Source: an uncultured Chloroflexia bacterium
GTDB taxonomy: Bacteria > Chloroflexota > Anaerolineae > B4-G1 > SLSP01
Assembly: GCA_963751345.1 (NCBI GenBank)
Contig: CAVVUS010000030.1
Coordinates: forward strand, 64,001 to 128,000
Reading direction: 5' to 3'
DNA length: 64,000 nucleotides
The position numbers and the translations under genes are program-made. Shown here one piece after another: positions 41,046 through 51,110 of the stretch (positions within the stretch are counted from its first letter, which is position 1; each line of letters begins with the position of its first letter). A model generated the notes under the pieces. That model saw only the letters and a program-made list of their open reading frames with translations. It searched no databases and was not told the origin of the DNA.

Positions 41046-42532
41046 ATGCCGTTGACTAAGATTGTCTGTACCCTGGGGCCGGCCACAGAAGACCCCGAAG
41101 TGATTCGAGCCATGATCGATGCCGGAATGACCGTGGCGCGTCTGAACTTCTCCCACGGTACCCCAGATCAGAAACGCAGCACAGCCGAGATGGTCCGGCG
41201 GGTTGCGGCCGAAGAGGGCCACTACATCGCGTTGATGGGCGACCTCCAGGGACCCAAGATCCGGGTAGGCACGCTCCCGGAAGATGGGGTGCTGCTGGTC
41301 GAGGGCAGTGAGATCATGCTCACATCCGGCACCGTCCACGACCCGCAGCGAGAGATTCCTTTTCCACATCCCGACATTATCGAGGACGTCAAGGCAGGAG
41401 ATCATTTGCTCCTCGATGACGGAACGTTGGAACTGGTGGCTGTCGCTTCAGATCCGCCCCGGCTCACGTGCCGCGTCGTGGTGGGTGGGATTCTGACGTC
41501 ACATAAAGGTGTGAATCTTCCCGGTGTGAAACTCAGGATCGAGGCACTGACCGAAAAGGACAAGCAGGATGCCCTCGTCGCCCTCGAGCTCAAGGTGGAC
41601 TACCTGGCGCTCTCCTTTGTTCGCAGGGCAACGGATGTCACAGCGCTGCGGGATTACCTGCTCGCGCACGTCGATGCACCCACGACACGTCACGTTGGAG
41701 AAGACCCCCACCAGATCCCGGGGTTGGTCGCGAAGATTGAGAAGCCCGAGGCCCTGGACGATCTTGAGGGCATCGTGCGTGCCTCGGATGGTGTGATGGT
41801 CGCGCGGGGCGATCTTGGCGTCGAAATTGCACCCGAACGAGTGCCCCTGGTCCAGAAACACCTCATCCACCTGAGCAATGTGCTCGGCAAACCCGTCATC
41901 ACCGCGACACAGATGCTCCAGTCGATGATTGATCTACCGCGCCCTACCCGCGCCGAGGCCTCGGACGTGGCAAACGCGATCCTCGACGGCAGCGATGCCG
42001 TGATGCTCTCGGGGGAGACCTCCGTCGGCAAGTATCCTGTCGAGGCAGTCCAGATGATGGCTCGCATCGCCGAGAACGTCGAGGCTGCCGAGGACTTCCC
42101 CTACGACCAGATGCTCGATCTGCCTATCGACGGCGACCAGGCCAACGCCGAGATGGTCACAACGGCCATCAGCAGCGCGACGGTGGCCCTTTCCAAGACC
42201 GCCAGAGTCGCCGCTATCCTCTGCTCCACCGAATCAGGACGCACGGCCCGCATCGTCGCGCGGCACAGGCCCAGAGTGCCCTCTATTGGGGATCACGCCC
42301 TTCCCGACGACGGCCTGCCGTATGCAGTTGATGTGGGGGGTGATCCCAATCGTCGTTGCAGCTTTCCATACCACCGATGAGATGATCCAACGCATGGTCA
42401 ACGCCGCCAACCAGCGTGAGCACGCCAACGTGGGCGACAATATCGTGCTTGACGGCCGGCATCCCGCTTGAGATACACGGCGTGACCAACATGATCAAGG
42501 TGCACACCATCCGCGAGGCCGATCTCGGCTAG
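41046..42532 (+). CDS. pyk: Pyruvate kinase (frameshifts near 42285 and 42450)
   Basis: TKIVCTLGPA, ARLNFSHG, DLQGPKIR, MVARGDLG, ATQMLQSM, MLSGET; C-terminus TNMIKVH in a shifted frame. Confidence 0.95.
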
Positions 42533-42550
42533 ACTCAAACCCAACAAAAA

Positions 42551-42578
42551 GACACCGGGACTTCAAAGTCCCGGTGTC
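42551..42578. terminator. Hairpin between convergent pyk and the zinc-ribbon gene
   Basis: GACACCGGGACT-TCAA-AGTCCCGGTGTC with an A tract on the left (U tract on the minus strand). Confidence 0.7.
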
Positions 42579-42603
42579 CGTACAAACTGACCTGCGCAGT
42601 TGC

Positions 42604-43116
42604 TTAAGCCTGGATCGGGGCCTCAGGCTCCGGCGCGAGATCAACCTCACGATCCATCACAGGCTCGACGACCTTACTGCCTTGTGAGGTACCGCAGTAG
42701 GGGCAGATGTTCCAATCGAGGGCCAGGACCGCGTCGCAGGCGACGCACTTCTTCTTCAGGTGTGTGTGGCAATAGGGGCAATAGATGAAGTCGTCCCGGA
42801 TCTTGGCGCCACAACCGGGACACACCTCGGGTTCTTCGATGGCCTGAAGCAGCGCTTCCTGTTCCAGTGCGTGCTCATACGCCTCGGCGAGCGTTTCACG
42901 GGGGCGGATCAGGAAGTAGACAATCAGACCGGGCAACGTGAGCACGCCGACCATGAAGGTCGCCATAATCTGGACCACGATATCCCGGGTGCGGGCGCGA
43001 ATGTCGCGGAAGGTCCACAAGACCATGCCCAGCCACAGACTGGTGACAAAAACCGCGGTGACCAACGTAAGGACCGTCACCACCTGCGGCAGGATTTCCA
43101 GAAGTTGGTCGATCAT
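42604..43116 (-). CDS. Membrane protein with C-terminal double zinc ribbon
   Basis: Two TM segments; CPGC, CPYC, CVAC, CPYC. Confidence 0.8.
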   Translation of the reverse strand: MIDQLLEILPQVVTVLTLVTAVFVTSLWLGMVLWTFRDIRARTRDIVVQIMATFMVGVLTLPGLIVYFLIRPRETLAEAYEHALEQEALLQAIEEPEVCPGCGAKIRDDFIYCPYCHTHLKKKCVACDAVLALDWNICPYCGTSQGSKVVEPVMDREVDLAPEPEAPIQA

Positions 43117-43235
43117 TTACTAAGGACTCCTTCGGCCGAATTAGGGACGCAATGAGACCCCGGCCAGGATATTAGAGGCGTTGCGCTAGCTTAAGCGCAG
43201 AAAATTATACCATCGCCCATAGGGGAGGCAAGCCG

Positions 43236-43931
43236 ATGAGCTATATCACGGTCAAAGAGATGCCGATCGAAGAGCGACCTCGCGAGCGTCTGATGCGTGC
43301 GGGACCTCAAGCGCTCTCCACCGCGGAGCTTCTGGCGATCATCCTGCGCGTGGGCGTTGGCGGTGAGAATGTGCTGACTATGGCAAGCCGCATCCTCGCC
43401 AACCACAATGGGCTCAGCGGACTTGCGCGGGCTGACTTCGCCCAGCTTGCCGCCGAGCGGGGGCTTGGTCCGGCAAAGACGGCGCAGATCCTGGCAGCCC
43501 TCGAACTTGGCCGGCGCCTGATGGCAGAAAGCCCGGAAGAGCGCTGGCAGATCCGGGCGCCCAGCGATGCTGCGCATGTCCTGATGCCGAAAATCGGCTT
43601 CCAGCAGCAGGAACACTTCGTCGTCCTCTACCTGGATACGCGCAATCGCGTCATCGACCAGGAGGTCCTCTACGTGGGCAGCCTCAACACGTCGTTGGTG
43701 CGCATCGCCGAGGTATTCCGCGGCGCGGTTCGGCGCAATTGCGCAGCCGTGATCGTGGCCCACAATCACCCGTCGGGTGATCCCAACCCATCGCCCGAGG
43801 ATGTGGCACTGACCCGGCGGCTCGTCGATGCAGGCAAGCTGCTCGAGGTGGATGTCCTCGATCACCTCGTGATCGGCCAGAATCGATATGTGAGCCTGCG
43901 TGAGCGCGCCCTGGGCTTTGAGGCCGCGTGA
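43236..43931 (+). CDS. radC: RadC family JAB/MPN domain protein
   Basis: EERPRERL, ELLAIILR, AHNHPSGDPNPSPED, LDHLVIG. Confidence 0.95.
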   Translation: MSYITVKEMPIEERPRERLMRAGPQALSTAELLAIILRVGVGGENVLTMASRILANHNGLSGLARADFAQLAAERGLGPAKTAQILAALELGRRLMAESPEERWQIRAPSDAAHVLMPKIGFQQQEHFVVLYLDTRNRVIDQEVLYVGSLNTSLVRIAEVFRGAVRRNCAAVIVAHNHPSGDPNPSPEDVALTRRLVDAGKLLEVDVLDHLVIGQNRYVSLRERALGFEAA

Positions 43932-43934
43932 GAA

Positions 43935-43994
43935 AAACCTTTGGGGTTTCCCTGTAGTGTAAGCACCTGCTTAACAGAGAAACCCCAAAGGTTT
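43935..43994. repeat. REP-like long inverted repeat (AAACCTTTGGGGTTTC ... GAAACCCCAAAGGTTT)
   Basis: 16-bp perfect arms plus an inner TAAGCA/TGCTTA stem, between convergent genes. Confidence 0.75.
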
Positions 43995-44015
43995 CTTCCC
44001 TACGGACCCGCCTGC

Positions 44016-45203
44016 TCAGAAGCGTAACTCGGGATCGACCGGATAACGGGCGCGGAAGATCGTGCCCTCATCTGGCTGCGAGGTAAAGGTAATCTTGCCC
44101 TCAAGATAGCGCTCGGTGAGCATTCTCATACTGTAGGTACCCAGCCCGCGGCCCTCGCCCTTCGTCGTAAAAGAGCGGTGAAAGATCTGCCGCTGCACGG
44201 ACTCACTCATCACGGTCAGGTTACGCACCCAGAACTCGACCGCGGCTATGTGGGTATGCGGCTTGCCGTTTGTAACGCTTAGCGGGCGACACCCGACGAT
44301 GATGGTCGAATCCGGCGCTTCCGCATCCAGAGCGTTTCGAATCATATTGTCCAGGACGCGCCGCAATTTGACCGGATCGATGACGAACGTCACGTCGTCG
44401 CTATCAGGATCAAGCAGCAACCGGCCCCTCTGCGCTTCACTGTAGTCCGGATAAGATTGCAGAAGATCCTCGAGGAATGCTCGCGATCTCACCTCAACCG
44501 GTCTCAACTTGAGTTCGTTGCGCTCCATCGTTGCCAGGTCGCGTTGGGCCTGGATCTCCTCGGTCAGTCGCAAGACCGCTTTTCGGATCGTCCCCCACGC
44601 CAGCCCCGTTTCGTCCCCTCCCGCCTCATCCACAAGATCAACGGCGGCGCGCAGCTTCTGCACAGTATTCAGGACATCGTGAAAGAAGATCCGCTCCAGC
44701 GCTTGCCGGCGTTTCTGATCGCTGATATCGGTGATCGTCAGCATTGTGAAGACGTCGCCGCCCACCTGAAAGGTCCTGCTTGAGACCCGCACGTCAAGGG
44801 CTTCCGGAGGCTCGTCAGGCGGTCTGACGATGTGTGCCTCTTCCGCCTGCAATGCCCGGATCGTGGACTCTTCCATGGCACGTGCCGCACCACAATAGCG
44901 GCAGAAAGGTGACGTGCCGCATCCACCCTCTCCCTGCAGCACGTGGCTACACCCAAGCGCCTCACCCGGGCGCAATCCAATCAACGACTCTGCCGCGTCA
45001 GCACCGACGAAGCCTACCATCGCCTCGTTGGCGTAGACGATCTGGCGATTGGCGTTCACCGCCACGATAGGGACCGGCACGGCAGCGAGGGCCGCGGTCA
45101 CCGCACTCAAACAAGAGACAGCAATCGCTTGTCTCCGGAGATCATCCTCCGGCGTGCGCTCCAACGACGCCAGCTTAACTGGCGATACCTCTGATAGAGC
45201 CAT
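44016..45203 (-). CDS. Cytoplasmic PAS-domain histidine kinase
   Basis: GLRPGEALGC...CGTSPFCRYC, FFHDVLN, NMIRNA, FTTKGEGRGLGTY. Confidence 0.85.
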   Translation of the reverse strand: MALSEVSPVKLASLERTPEDDLRRQAIAVSCLSAVTAALAAVPVPIVAVNANRQIVYANEAMVGFVGADAAESLIGLRPGEALGCSHVLQGEGGCGTSPFCRYCGAARAMEESTIRALQAEEAHIVRPPDEPPEALDVRVSSRTFQVGGDVFTMLTITDISDQKRRQALERIFFHDVLNTVQKLRAAVDLVDEAGGDETGLAWGTIRKAVLRLTEEIQAQRDLATMERNELKLRPVEVRSRAFLEDLLQSYPDYSEAQRGRLLLDPDSDDVTFVIDPVKLRRVLDNMIRNALDAEAPDSTIIVGCRPLSVTNGKPHTHIAAVEFWVRNLTVMSESVQRQIFHRSFTTKGEGRGLGTYSMRMLTERYLEGKITFTSQPDEGTIFRARYPVDPELRF

Positions 45204-45247
45204 TTTACTTCCTCATCATCGGGCCCGAGACCGCGGTGCCCTGTAGT

Positions 45248-45898
45248 TTACCCAACCTCACCCGCGTCTTCATCAATCAACTGGGGGTATGCGGCCTTGA
45301 CCTCGGCCAGAGCGTCACCGAAGACGGTCGGGGCATAGGGCACAAGCTGCTTGAGCATCTCGATCGCCATCCGGCGTATCTCCCATTGTGCCTCCGGCGA
45401 GATGCGCAGCCGGAAAAAGTGGCGCAGCTCGCGGAAGTTCATCGTCACGATGATGCGCGTCTCCACAGCATTCGGAAGAACGAAGCGGGCGTCCTCTTTT
45501 CGCACGCCTCGCGCCCGAAGCTTGCGGTAAGTATCCTTGACATAAGCCTGGAACTCGGCCCAGGTCGCACGGGATTCCTCGTCCTCTTCGATCGCATCGG
45601 GAACTACCAGCACCGGCTCCGACATATCGACGTACCGCTGGCTCTCCTGGCTATAGGAGGCCAGACGGTGACGCACGAGCTGGTGGGAGCAAGCACGGCT
45701 GATCCCGGATATCTCAAAAGTGGCGCTCGCGTGTTCGATGATGCTCTCGTGACCTTCTTTCAGTCGTGCCCGGAGAAACGCAGCCGGATCGCCCTTGCCT
45801 CGGCTACGATAGCAGACACGGCCGGCATGCTCGATCAGGCGCTCGGCACCTCCACTGTCTCGAAGGTATTGGGTAATGGCGATGAGTTCAACCTTCAT
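45248..45898 (-). CDS. thyX: FAD-dependent thymidylate synthase
   Basis: GHESIIEH, RHRLASYSQESQRY, EDARFVLP, AQWEIR. Confidence 0.95.
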   Translation of the reverse strand: MKVELIAITQYLRDSGGAERLIEHAGRVCYRSRGKGDPAAFLRARLKEGHESIIEHASATFEISGISRACSHQLVRHRLASYSQESQRYVDMSEPVLVVPDAIEEDEESRATWAEFQAYVKDTYRKLRARGVRKEDARFVLPNAVETRIIVTMNFRELRHFFRLRISPEAQWEIRRMAIEMLKQLVPYAPTVFGDALAEVKAAYPQLIDEDAGEVG

Positions 45899-45908
45899 AT
45901 CTGGCCCC

Positions 45909-47252
45909 TTAGGACATCTCGATAGCGACTGCGCGTTGTGCCATCTCAGATCGCAGCCGGGATGAGTCTTTCGGGTAGGTGAAATAGAACCCCGAATAGA
46001 GGACAGCACAGATGATCCAGGGGAAGGGGATGGTCCAGAGCAACGCCCGGGTGAGTCCCATTGCATCGGCCAAGCTCCCGGCAACATACGCAGCCAATGC
46101 AGCGAAGCCGCTCTCGATGAACGTCGTCATGGCGAAAGCAGTCGCGCGAAGTTCGGGCGTCACCACACCCTGCATCATGGGCTCCTTGGCTCCCTTCCCG
46201 GGCCAACTGATCAGCAGCGCCGTGAGAAAACAGAGCGCAAAAAGCCGCCAGAAGCCCCAGGTTGCTGTCTGGGTGAAGAGGACATAGGTCAGCGGAATCC
46301 CGCTCACAATTGAGATCTGCCCGACGATCGTCCGTCCATACTTGGGATTCCTGCCCTCGGCCCAGTCTCCCAGGACCCCACCGATGACGTTGCTGATTGC
46401 CGTACCGACGACGATGGCAGCAAAGGCCAACGTCGCACTGCCCACCGGGTGGTTGAAGGTGATCGCCTCAGTCATCCCCCGTACGTCGACCAACCACGTG
46501 ATGAGGTAGAGGCCCAGCACCACCCACGGCATACTGCCTGCCAATCCCTGCGCAATCGCCACCCAGATTGTGGGAATCGAGAGCACCCGCCACACGTCAG
46601 AGAGCTGTGCGCGGTAGTGTGCGGCAGCGGCCTCCGTAATCTTGCCGGCCAACTCCGGCTCGGCGCTCCCACGGACAGGCTCTTTGACAAACACCGCGAC
46701 GAAGAGACCGGAGACAACGCTGAAGCCGCCCAGAAGGAAGAAACCCCAACGCCACAGCGTGGGTGTCGCGAGCATACCCAGGCCCAGTGTGCCCACGATG
46801 ATGCCCGTCACGCCGACCGACTCAAGCGTTCCCAACGCCCTGCCCCGGCGGTGGGGCGGGAAAATGTCCGACATCAGCGAGAAAGTGGCAGGCATCAGAC
46901 AACCCAGCCCAATCCCAGAAACAGCACGAATCGCCAGCAGTTGGCCGAAGTTCTGGGCAAGCCCGCAGGCTAACGTCCAGAGCCCCCAGATCCCGGTGCC
47001 GAAGATGATGACCTTCTTGCGTGAGAACCGGTCCGCAGCGAAGCCCCAGAACGGCGCGCTGATCGACTGAAGGATATTACGAACTGTGCCAATGGCGCCC
47101 AGCGCGGTGTAATCCAGCCCCCATAGCACCTTGATCGTCGGGAAGAGAACGGACATGGCCTGCCCTTCCCCTTGATCGATGAAATAGCCGAAAGCCAGTG
47201 CGATAAGCGTCCAAACGCGAGATCGTTTTTCGGGGACGGTTTCGGAAGCCAT
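45909..47252 (-). CDS. Major facilitator superfamily transporter
   Basis: Motif A WGFAADRFSRKK, about 12 hydrophobic segments, RRGRALG. Confidence 0.9.
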   Translation of the reverse strand: MASETVPEKRSRVWTLIALAFGYFIDQGEGQAMSVLFPTIKVLWGLDYTALGAIGTVRNILQSISAPFWGFAADRFSRKKVIIFGTGIWGLWTLACGLAQNFGQLLAIRAVSGIGLGCLMPATFSLMSDIFPPHRRGRALGTLESVGVTGIIVGTLGLGMLATPTLWRWGFFLLGGFSVVSGLFVAVFVKEPVRGSAEPELAGKITEAAAAHYRAQLSDVWRVLSIPTIWVAIAQGLAGSMPWVVLGLYLITWLVDVRGMTEAITFNHPVGSATLAFAAIVVGTAISNVIGGVLGDWAEGRNPKYGRTIVGQISIVSGIPLTYVLFTQTATWGFWRLFALCFLTALLISWPGKGAKEPMMQGVVTPELRATAFAMTTFIESGFAALAAYVAGSLADAMGLTRALLWTIPFPWIICAVLYSGFYFTYPKDSSRLRSEMAQRAVAIEMS

Positions 47253-47294
47253 GTCACCTCGTAGAGACTGGAGTAGGAGGGTTGGGCTGGAACC

Positions 47295-50200
47295 TTACTT
47301 GACCACGATGCTCACGAGCTGCCCGCGGGGAACAATAATCTTGAGAACCCTCTTGCCTTCCAGGTAACGCTGGACGTTGGCATCGGCGAGCGCGGCGGCC
47401 TTGATCGCCTCCTCGTCCGCCTGCGCCGGCAGCGTGACGCGTCCGCGCACCTTGCCGTTGACCTGGACGGGGATCTCCACCGTATCCTCAACCAACATCG
47501 CTTCGTCCCAGGTAGGCCACGCCTGCTGGTGAATGCTGTAGGGCTGCCCCTGTCTCGCCCAAAGCTCCTCCGCGAAGTGCGGCGCAATCGGGGCCAGTAG
47601 CAACAGGAGCGTGTTGACACTTTCGTGCCAGAGATCGCTCTGCCAATAGGCAGGCTTCGCCTTGCCGAGAGCATTGGTCAGCTCCATCAACCGGGCAATC
47701 GTCGTGTTGAAGCTGAAAGTCTCCATATCCTCGGTAACGCTCTGGATCCCATAGTGCACGGCACGCAGCAGTTCCCGCGCGGCGGCATCGTCCGGCACGT
47801 CAGTCTCGCCCGGAGCCTCCAGTACCAGGTTCCAGATACGGTTGAGCCACCTGGACACACCCCCGATGCCCTGGCTATCCCAGGGTCCGCCCTGCTCCCA
47901 GCGCCATCCGAACATCAGGTAGGCCCGGACGGTATCAGCCCCGTACACGGCCACGAGGTCATCAGGCGATACGACGTTCTTCTTGCTCTTGGACATCTTC
48001 TCGACATCCAGGTGATAGAGCACGTCGCCCATACTCCCATGGCCTTCCTTGCCGGGAATCAGGACCTCCATCTCCTCGTCCACCAGCACCACCACCAGAT
48101 TGCCGGCCTCGCTCGTCCGCACCTTCAGGCTGACCTCGTCGCGATCCATCACCTCACCGCAGACACGACCGTCATCTCGCGCGAAGGCGGGCCAGGCAGC
48201 CTGATCCTCGAAGCTGTAGACGGTGATGCTCTTGGCCTGAAAGGCGGCACCATCCCAGCTCCCCCGAACGTCAACACAATCACCGGAACGGGGCTCGCCC
48301 AGGATGATGCCCTGGTTGCGCAGTTGCAGCATCGGCTCATCGAAGTTCAACACGCCGGCATCTCGCAGCGCCTTGGTGAAGAACCGAGTGTAGAGCAGAT
48401 GCAGCACCGCGTGCTCGGCCCCTCCCGTATACGTGTCGACGGGGGCCCAATAGGCCTGCTCCACCGGGTCCCAGGGCATTGCGTCGCCGGTCACCGGTTC
48501 GCCCTCGCGATAGTAGGGGCTCAGGTAGGCGTACTGGTACCAGGAAGAGCAGACAAAAGTGTCCATCGTGTCCGTCTCGCGGGTTGCGGGTCCGCCGCAC
48601 TGCGGACAGGTCGTGTTCAAGAAGCCCTCATGGTACTTGAGAGGACTCTCGCCGGTAGGCATGAAATCGACGTCATCGGGCAGCAGGACCGGCAGATCCT
48701 CATAGGGCACAGGGACAATGCCGCATTTGTCGCAATAGACGATAGGAATCGGAGCGCCCCAATAGCGCTGGCGGCTTACCAGCCAGTCACGCAACCGGTA
48801 GTTGATCGCGGCCTCGCCCACTCCCTTATCGGCCAACCAAGCCGTGACCTTGGCCACGGCTTCCTCGCCGGGAGTGCCGCCGAAGGGGCCCGAGTTAATC
48901 ATCATACCGTGCTCGTGGTGGAAGAGCACGTCGCTATAGAACTCACAGTGCTGGAGCATCTCCATCACCGTACGATTGTCGCCGACCGGCGGATAGAGCG
49001 CCTTGCAGCGCTCCAGGATCTCCTGGTCGGACGCTACGGAGTCCAGCTGCTTGACCCCATCCTCGAAGATGAAATACCAACCGGTGCCGACCACCTCGTT
49101 CCAGTTGCCCGGAAGCAGATGATCGCGCACGAGCTGCACATAGCGGTCGATTTCGTCGTCGCCCTGGAGGCTGACGTAGAGACCCTCGCCGACGTCGCCC
49201 ACAGGCCCGGGCTTATACTCGATGCCGGCGTCGTCCAGCTTGGCAGCAAATCCCTCGGGCACCGAACCCGGCCACACGAGGCTCTTGGCCCTGCGATCAG
49301 GCCGTGCAATAACCGGGATGACCGGAAGACCAAACTTCACGGCGAACGCCAAGTCGCGTTCGTCGTGCGCGGCCACGGCCATGATCGCGCCCGTCCCGTA
49401 ACCCATCATCACGTAATCGGCCACCCAGATGGGGATATGCGCTCCGTTGACCGGGTTGATGGCGTACGCCCCGGTGAAGACCCCCGTCTTCTCCTTTTCG
49501 GTGCTCAGTCGCTCGATCTCGCTCTGCCGTCCGGCCTGGAACTGGTACTCGTGGATTGCAGCGTGATATTCGGACTTGGTGATCACATTGACCAGGGGAT
49601 GCTCCGGAGCCAGCACCATAAAGGTGGCGCCCCACAGCGTGTCCGGACGCGTGGTGAACACGACCAGGTCACCGGTTCCGGGCTCCGCATCCTCGGGCAG
49701 ATCCTCAGGCGCGACCTTGAAGACGACCTCGGCTCCCTCGCTGCGTCCGATCCAGTTGGTCTGCAACAGCCGAATGCGCTCGGGCCAGTCAATCTTCGAG
49801 AAGTCCAGCAGCTCCTCGGTATAGTTCGTGATCTTCCAGAACCACTGTTCCAGGTCCTTCTTGATGACCGGGGACCCGCAGCGTTCGCAGATACGCTCCT
49901 CACCGATAACCTGTTCCCGCGCCAGCGTCGTCTTACACGAGGGACAGTAGTCTACGGGCGACATCTTGCGATAGGCGAGCCCCATATCGTAGAACTTGCG
50001 GAAGAACCACTCGCTCCAGCGATAGTAACCGGGCAGGCAAGAGATCGCCTCACGGTCCCAATCGATCATCGCGCCCATCGTGTGAAGCTGCTGTCGCTCG
50101 CGATCGATGTTGGCCAGCGTCCACTCCTTGGGGTGGATCCCACGCTGGATCGCCGCGTTCTCGGCCGGCAGGCCAAAGGCATCGAACCCCATGGGGAACA

Positions 50201-50420
50201 TCACGTTGAATCCCTGCATCCGCTTGAACCGGGCCCGCACATCGCTCGGCGCCATGGCATACCAGTGGCCGATGTGGATGTCGCCGCTGGGATACGGAAG
50301 CATCGTAAGGGCATAGAACTTGGGGCGCGTCTCGTCAATGACGGCCTTGTAGAGCTCGTCATGCTCCCATTTCTGCTGCCACTTCGGCTCGATCTCCCGC
50401 GGATTATAGGGCTCCGGCAT
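47295..50420 (-). CDS. leuS: Leucine--tRNA ligase with two large insertions
   Basis: PYPSGDIHIGHW, FTTRPDT, GTGAIMAV, DWLVSRQRYWG, KMSKSK, VQVNGKVR. Confidence 0.97.
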   Translation of the reverse strand: MPEPYNPREIEPKWQQKWEHDELYKAVIDETRPKFYALTMLPYPSGDIHIGHWYAMAPSDVRARFKRMQGFNVMFPMGFDAFGLPAENAAIQRGIHPKEWTLANIDRERQQLHTMGAMIDWDREAISCLPGYYRWSEWFFRKFYDMGLAYRKMSPVDYCPSCKTTLAREQVIGEERICERCGSPVIKKDLEQWFWKITNYTEELLDFSKIDWPERIRLLQTNWIGRSEGAEVVFKVAPEDLPEDAEPGTGDLVVFTTRPDTLWGATFMVLAPEHPLVNVITKSEYHAAIHEYQFQAGRQSEIERLSTEKEKTGVFTGAYAINPVNGAHIPIWVADYVMMGYGTGAIMAVAAHDERDLAFAVKFGLPVIPVIARPDRRAKSLVWPGSVPEGFAAKLDDAGIEYKPGPVGDVGEGLYVSLQGDDEIDRYVQLVRDHLLPGNWNEVVGTGWYFIFEDGVKQLDSVASDQEILERCKALYPPVGDNRTVMEMLQHCEFYSDVLFHHEHGMMINSGPFGGTPGEEAVAKVTAWLADKGVGEAAINYRLRDWLVSRQRYWGAPIPIVYCDKCGIVPVPYEDLPVLLPDDVDFMPTGESPLKYHEGFLNTTCPQCGGPATRETDTMDTFVCSSWYQYAYLSPYYREGEPVTGDAMPWDPVEQAYWAPVDTYTGGAEHAVLHLLYTRFFTKALRDAGVLNFDEPMLQLRNQGIILGEPRSGDCVDVRGSWDGAAFQAKSITVYSFEDQAAWPAFARDDGRVCGEVMDRDEVSLKVRTSEAGNLVVVLVDEEMEVLIPGKEGHGSMGDVLYHLDVEKMSKSKKNVVSPDDLVAVYGADTVRAYLMFGWRWEQGGPWDSQGIGGVSRWLNRIWNLVLEAPGETDVPDDAAARELLRAVHYGIQSVTEDMETFSFNTTIARLMELTNALGKAKPAYWQSDLWHESVNTLLLLLAPIAPHFAEELWARQGQPYSIHQQAWPTWDEAMLVEDTVEIPVQVNGKVRGRVTLPAQADEEAIKAAALADANVQRYLEGKRVLKIIVPRGQLVSIVVK

Positions 50421-50508
50421 TGATGTTCCTCCTTGGAAAACAATACGATATCCGCGCCATTGTACCGCAGCGGATGGAAATTGCCAGATAAGCGTGCGTC
50501 GGCATGCG

Positions 50509-51069
50509 TCAGAGGACAAACTGGGGCAGGACGGCTTCGCAGAGATAGACCGCGTCGGCGGGATGGTAGAACCGCATGCCGGCAGCAGATGCTGCAGCGG
50601 CATCTATGGTGAGGACAACCGGTTCAGAGGCATACCGGAGCGCGTCCTCTCGCGCGAGGTCCGGATTCGAGGTGAGGTGAACGTACTGCCGCTCCCCCGG
50701 CTGCAGCCCCTGGCGGCGGATCCCGTCCACGTCCTCGGGCACAGCCCCATAGTAAAGCTTCTCAGGGGGATCGACCGGCTCATACGTTGGACGGAGCGCC
50801 GTATGGCCATAGAGCGCACGGATCCGGCGGGTGCCGGTCTCCGTCTCGACCACCTCGAAGCGCGCGCGACCGGGGAGGTCAAGCACGGCCTCGATATCCC
50901 GCAAGCCGGCCCACCGGAAATTGGGCAGCGCATGTACGATGTGCAGCACCTCATCAAGGTCTGCAAAACCCTGCGCGTCCAGACGAATGGGAAAGCGGGC
51001 CGGTTGGTGGCGCAGCAGCATCGAGAGAAAGCGGCTGAGTTTGGTCAACTGGTAGTGGTGCTTATTCAC
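50509..51069 (-). CDS. kptA: RNA 2'-phosphotransferase (Tpt1/KptA family)
   Basis: SRFLSMLLRH, RFE, RIRALYGH, RQYVHL. Confidence 0.88.
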   Translation of the reverse strand: MNKHHYQLTKLSRFLSMLLRHQPARFPIRLDAQGFADLDEVLHIVHALPNFRWAGLRDIEAVLDLPGRARFEVVETETGTRRIRALYGHTALRPTYEPVDPPEKLYYGAVPEDVDGIRRQGLQPGERQYVHLTSNPDLAREDALRYASEPVVLTIDAAAASAAGMRFYHPADAVYLCEAVLPQFVL

Positions 51070-51110
51070 GCCCGCACACCTTCCCGGCCCTTCTCAGCCC
51101 TTCGCCCTCG

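Noticed and set aside
43236-43931. radC as a marker of a mobile element
   Set aside because: It is the full-length chromosomal type with an N-terminal HhH region and sits among housekeeping genes.
47625-50423. 932-aa plus-strand ORF and other long antisense ORFs (e.g. 18351-19709, 21276-22916)
   Set aside because: They are shadows of well-supported genes on the opposite strand, as expected from high-GC codon bias, and have no motifs.
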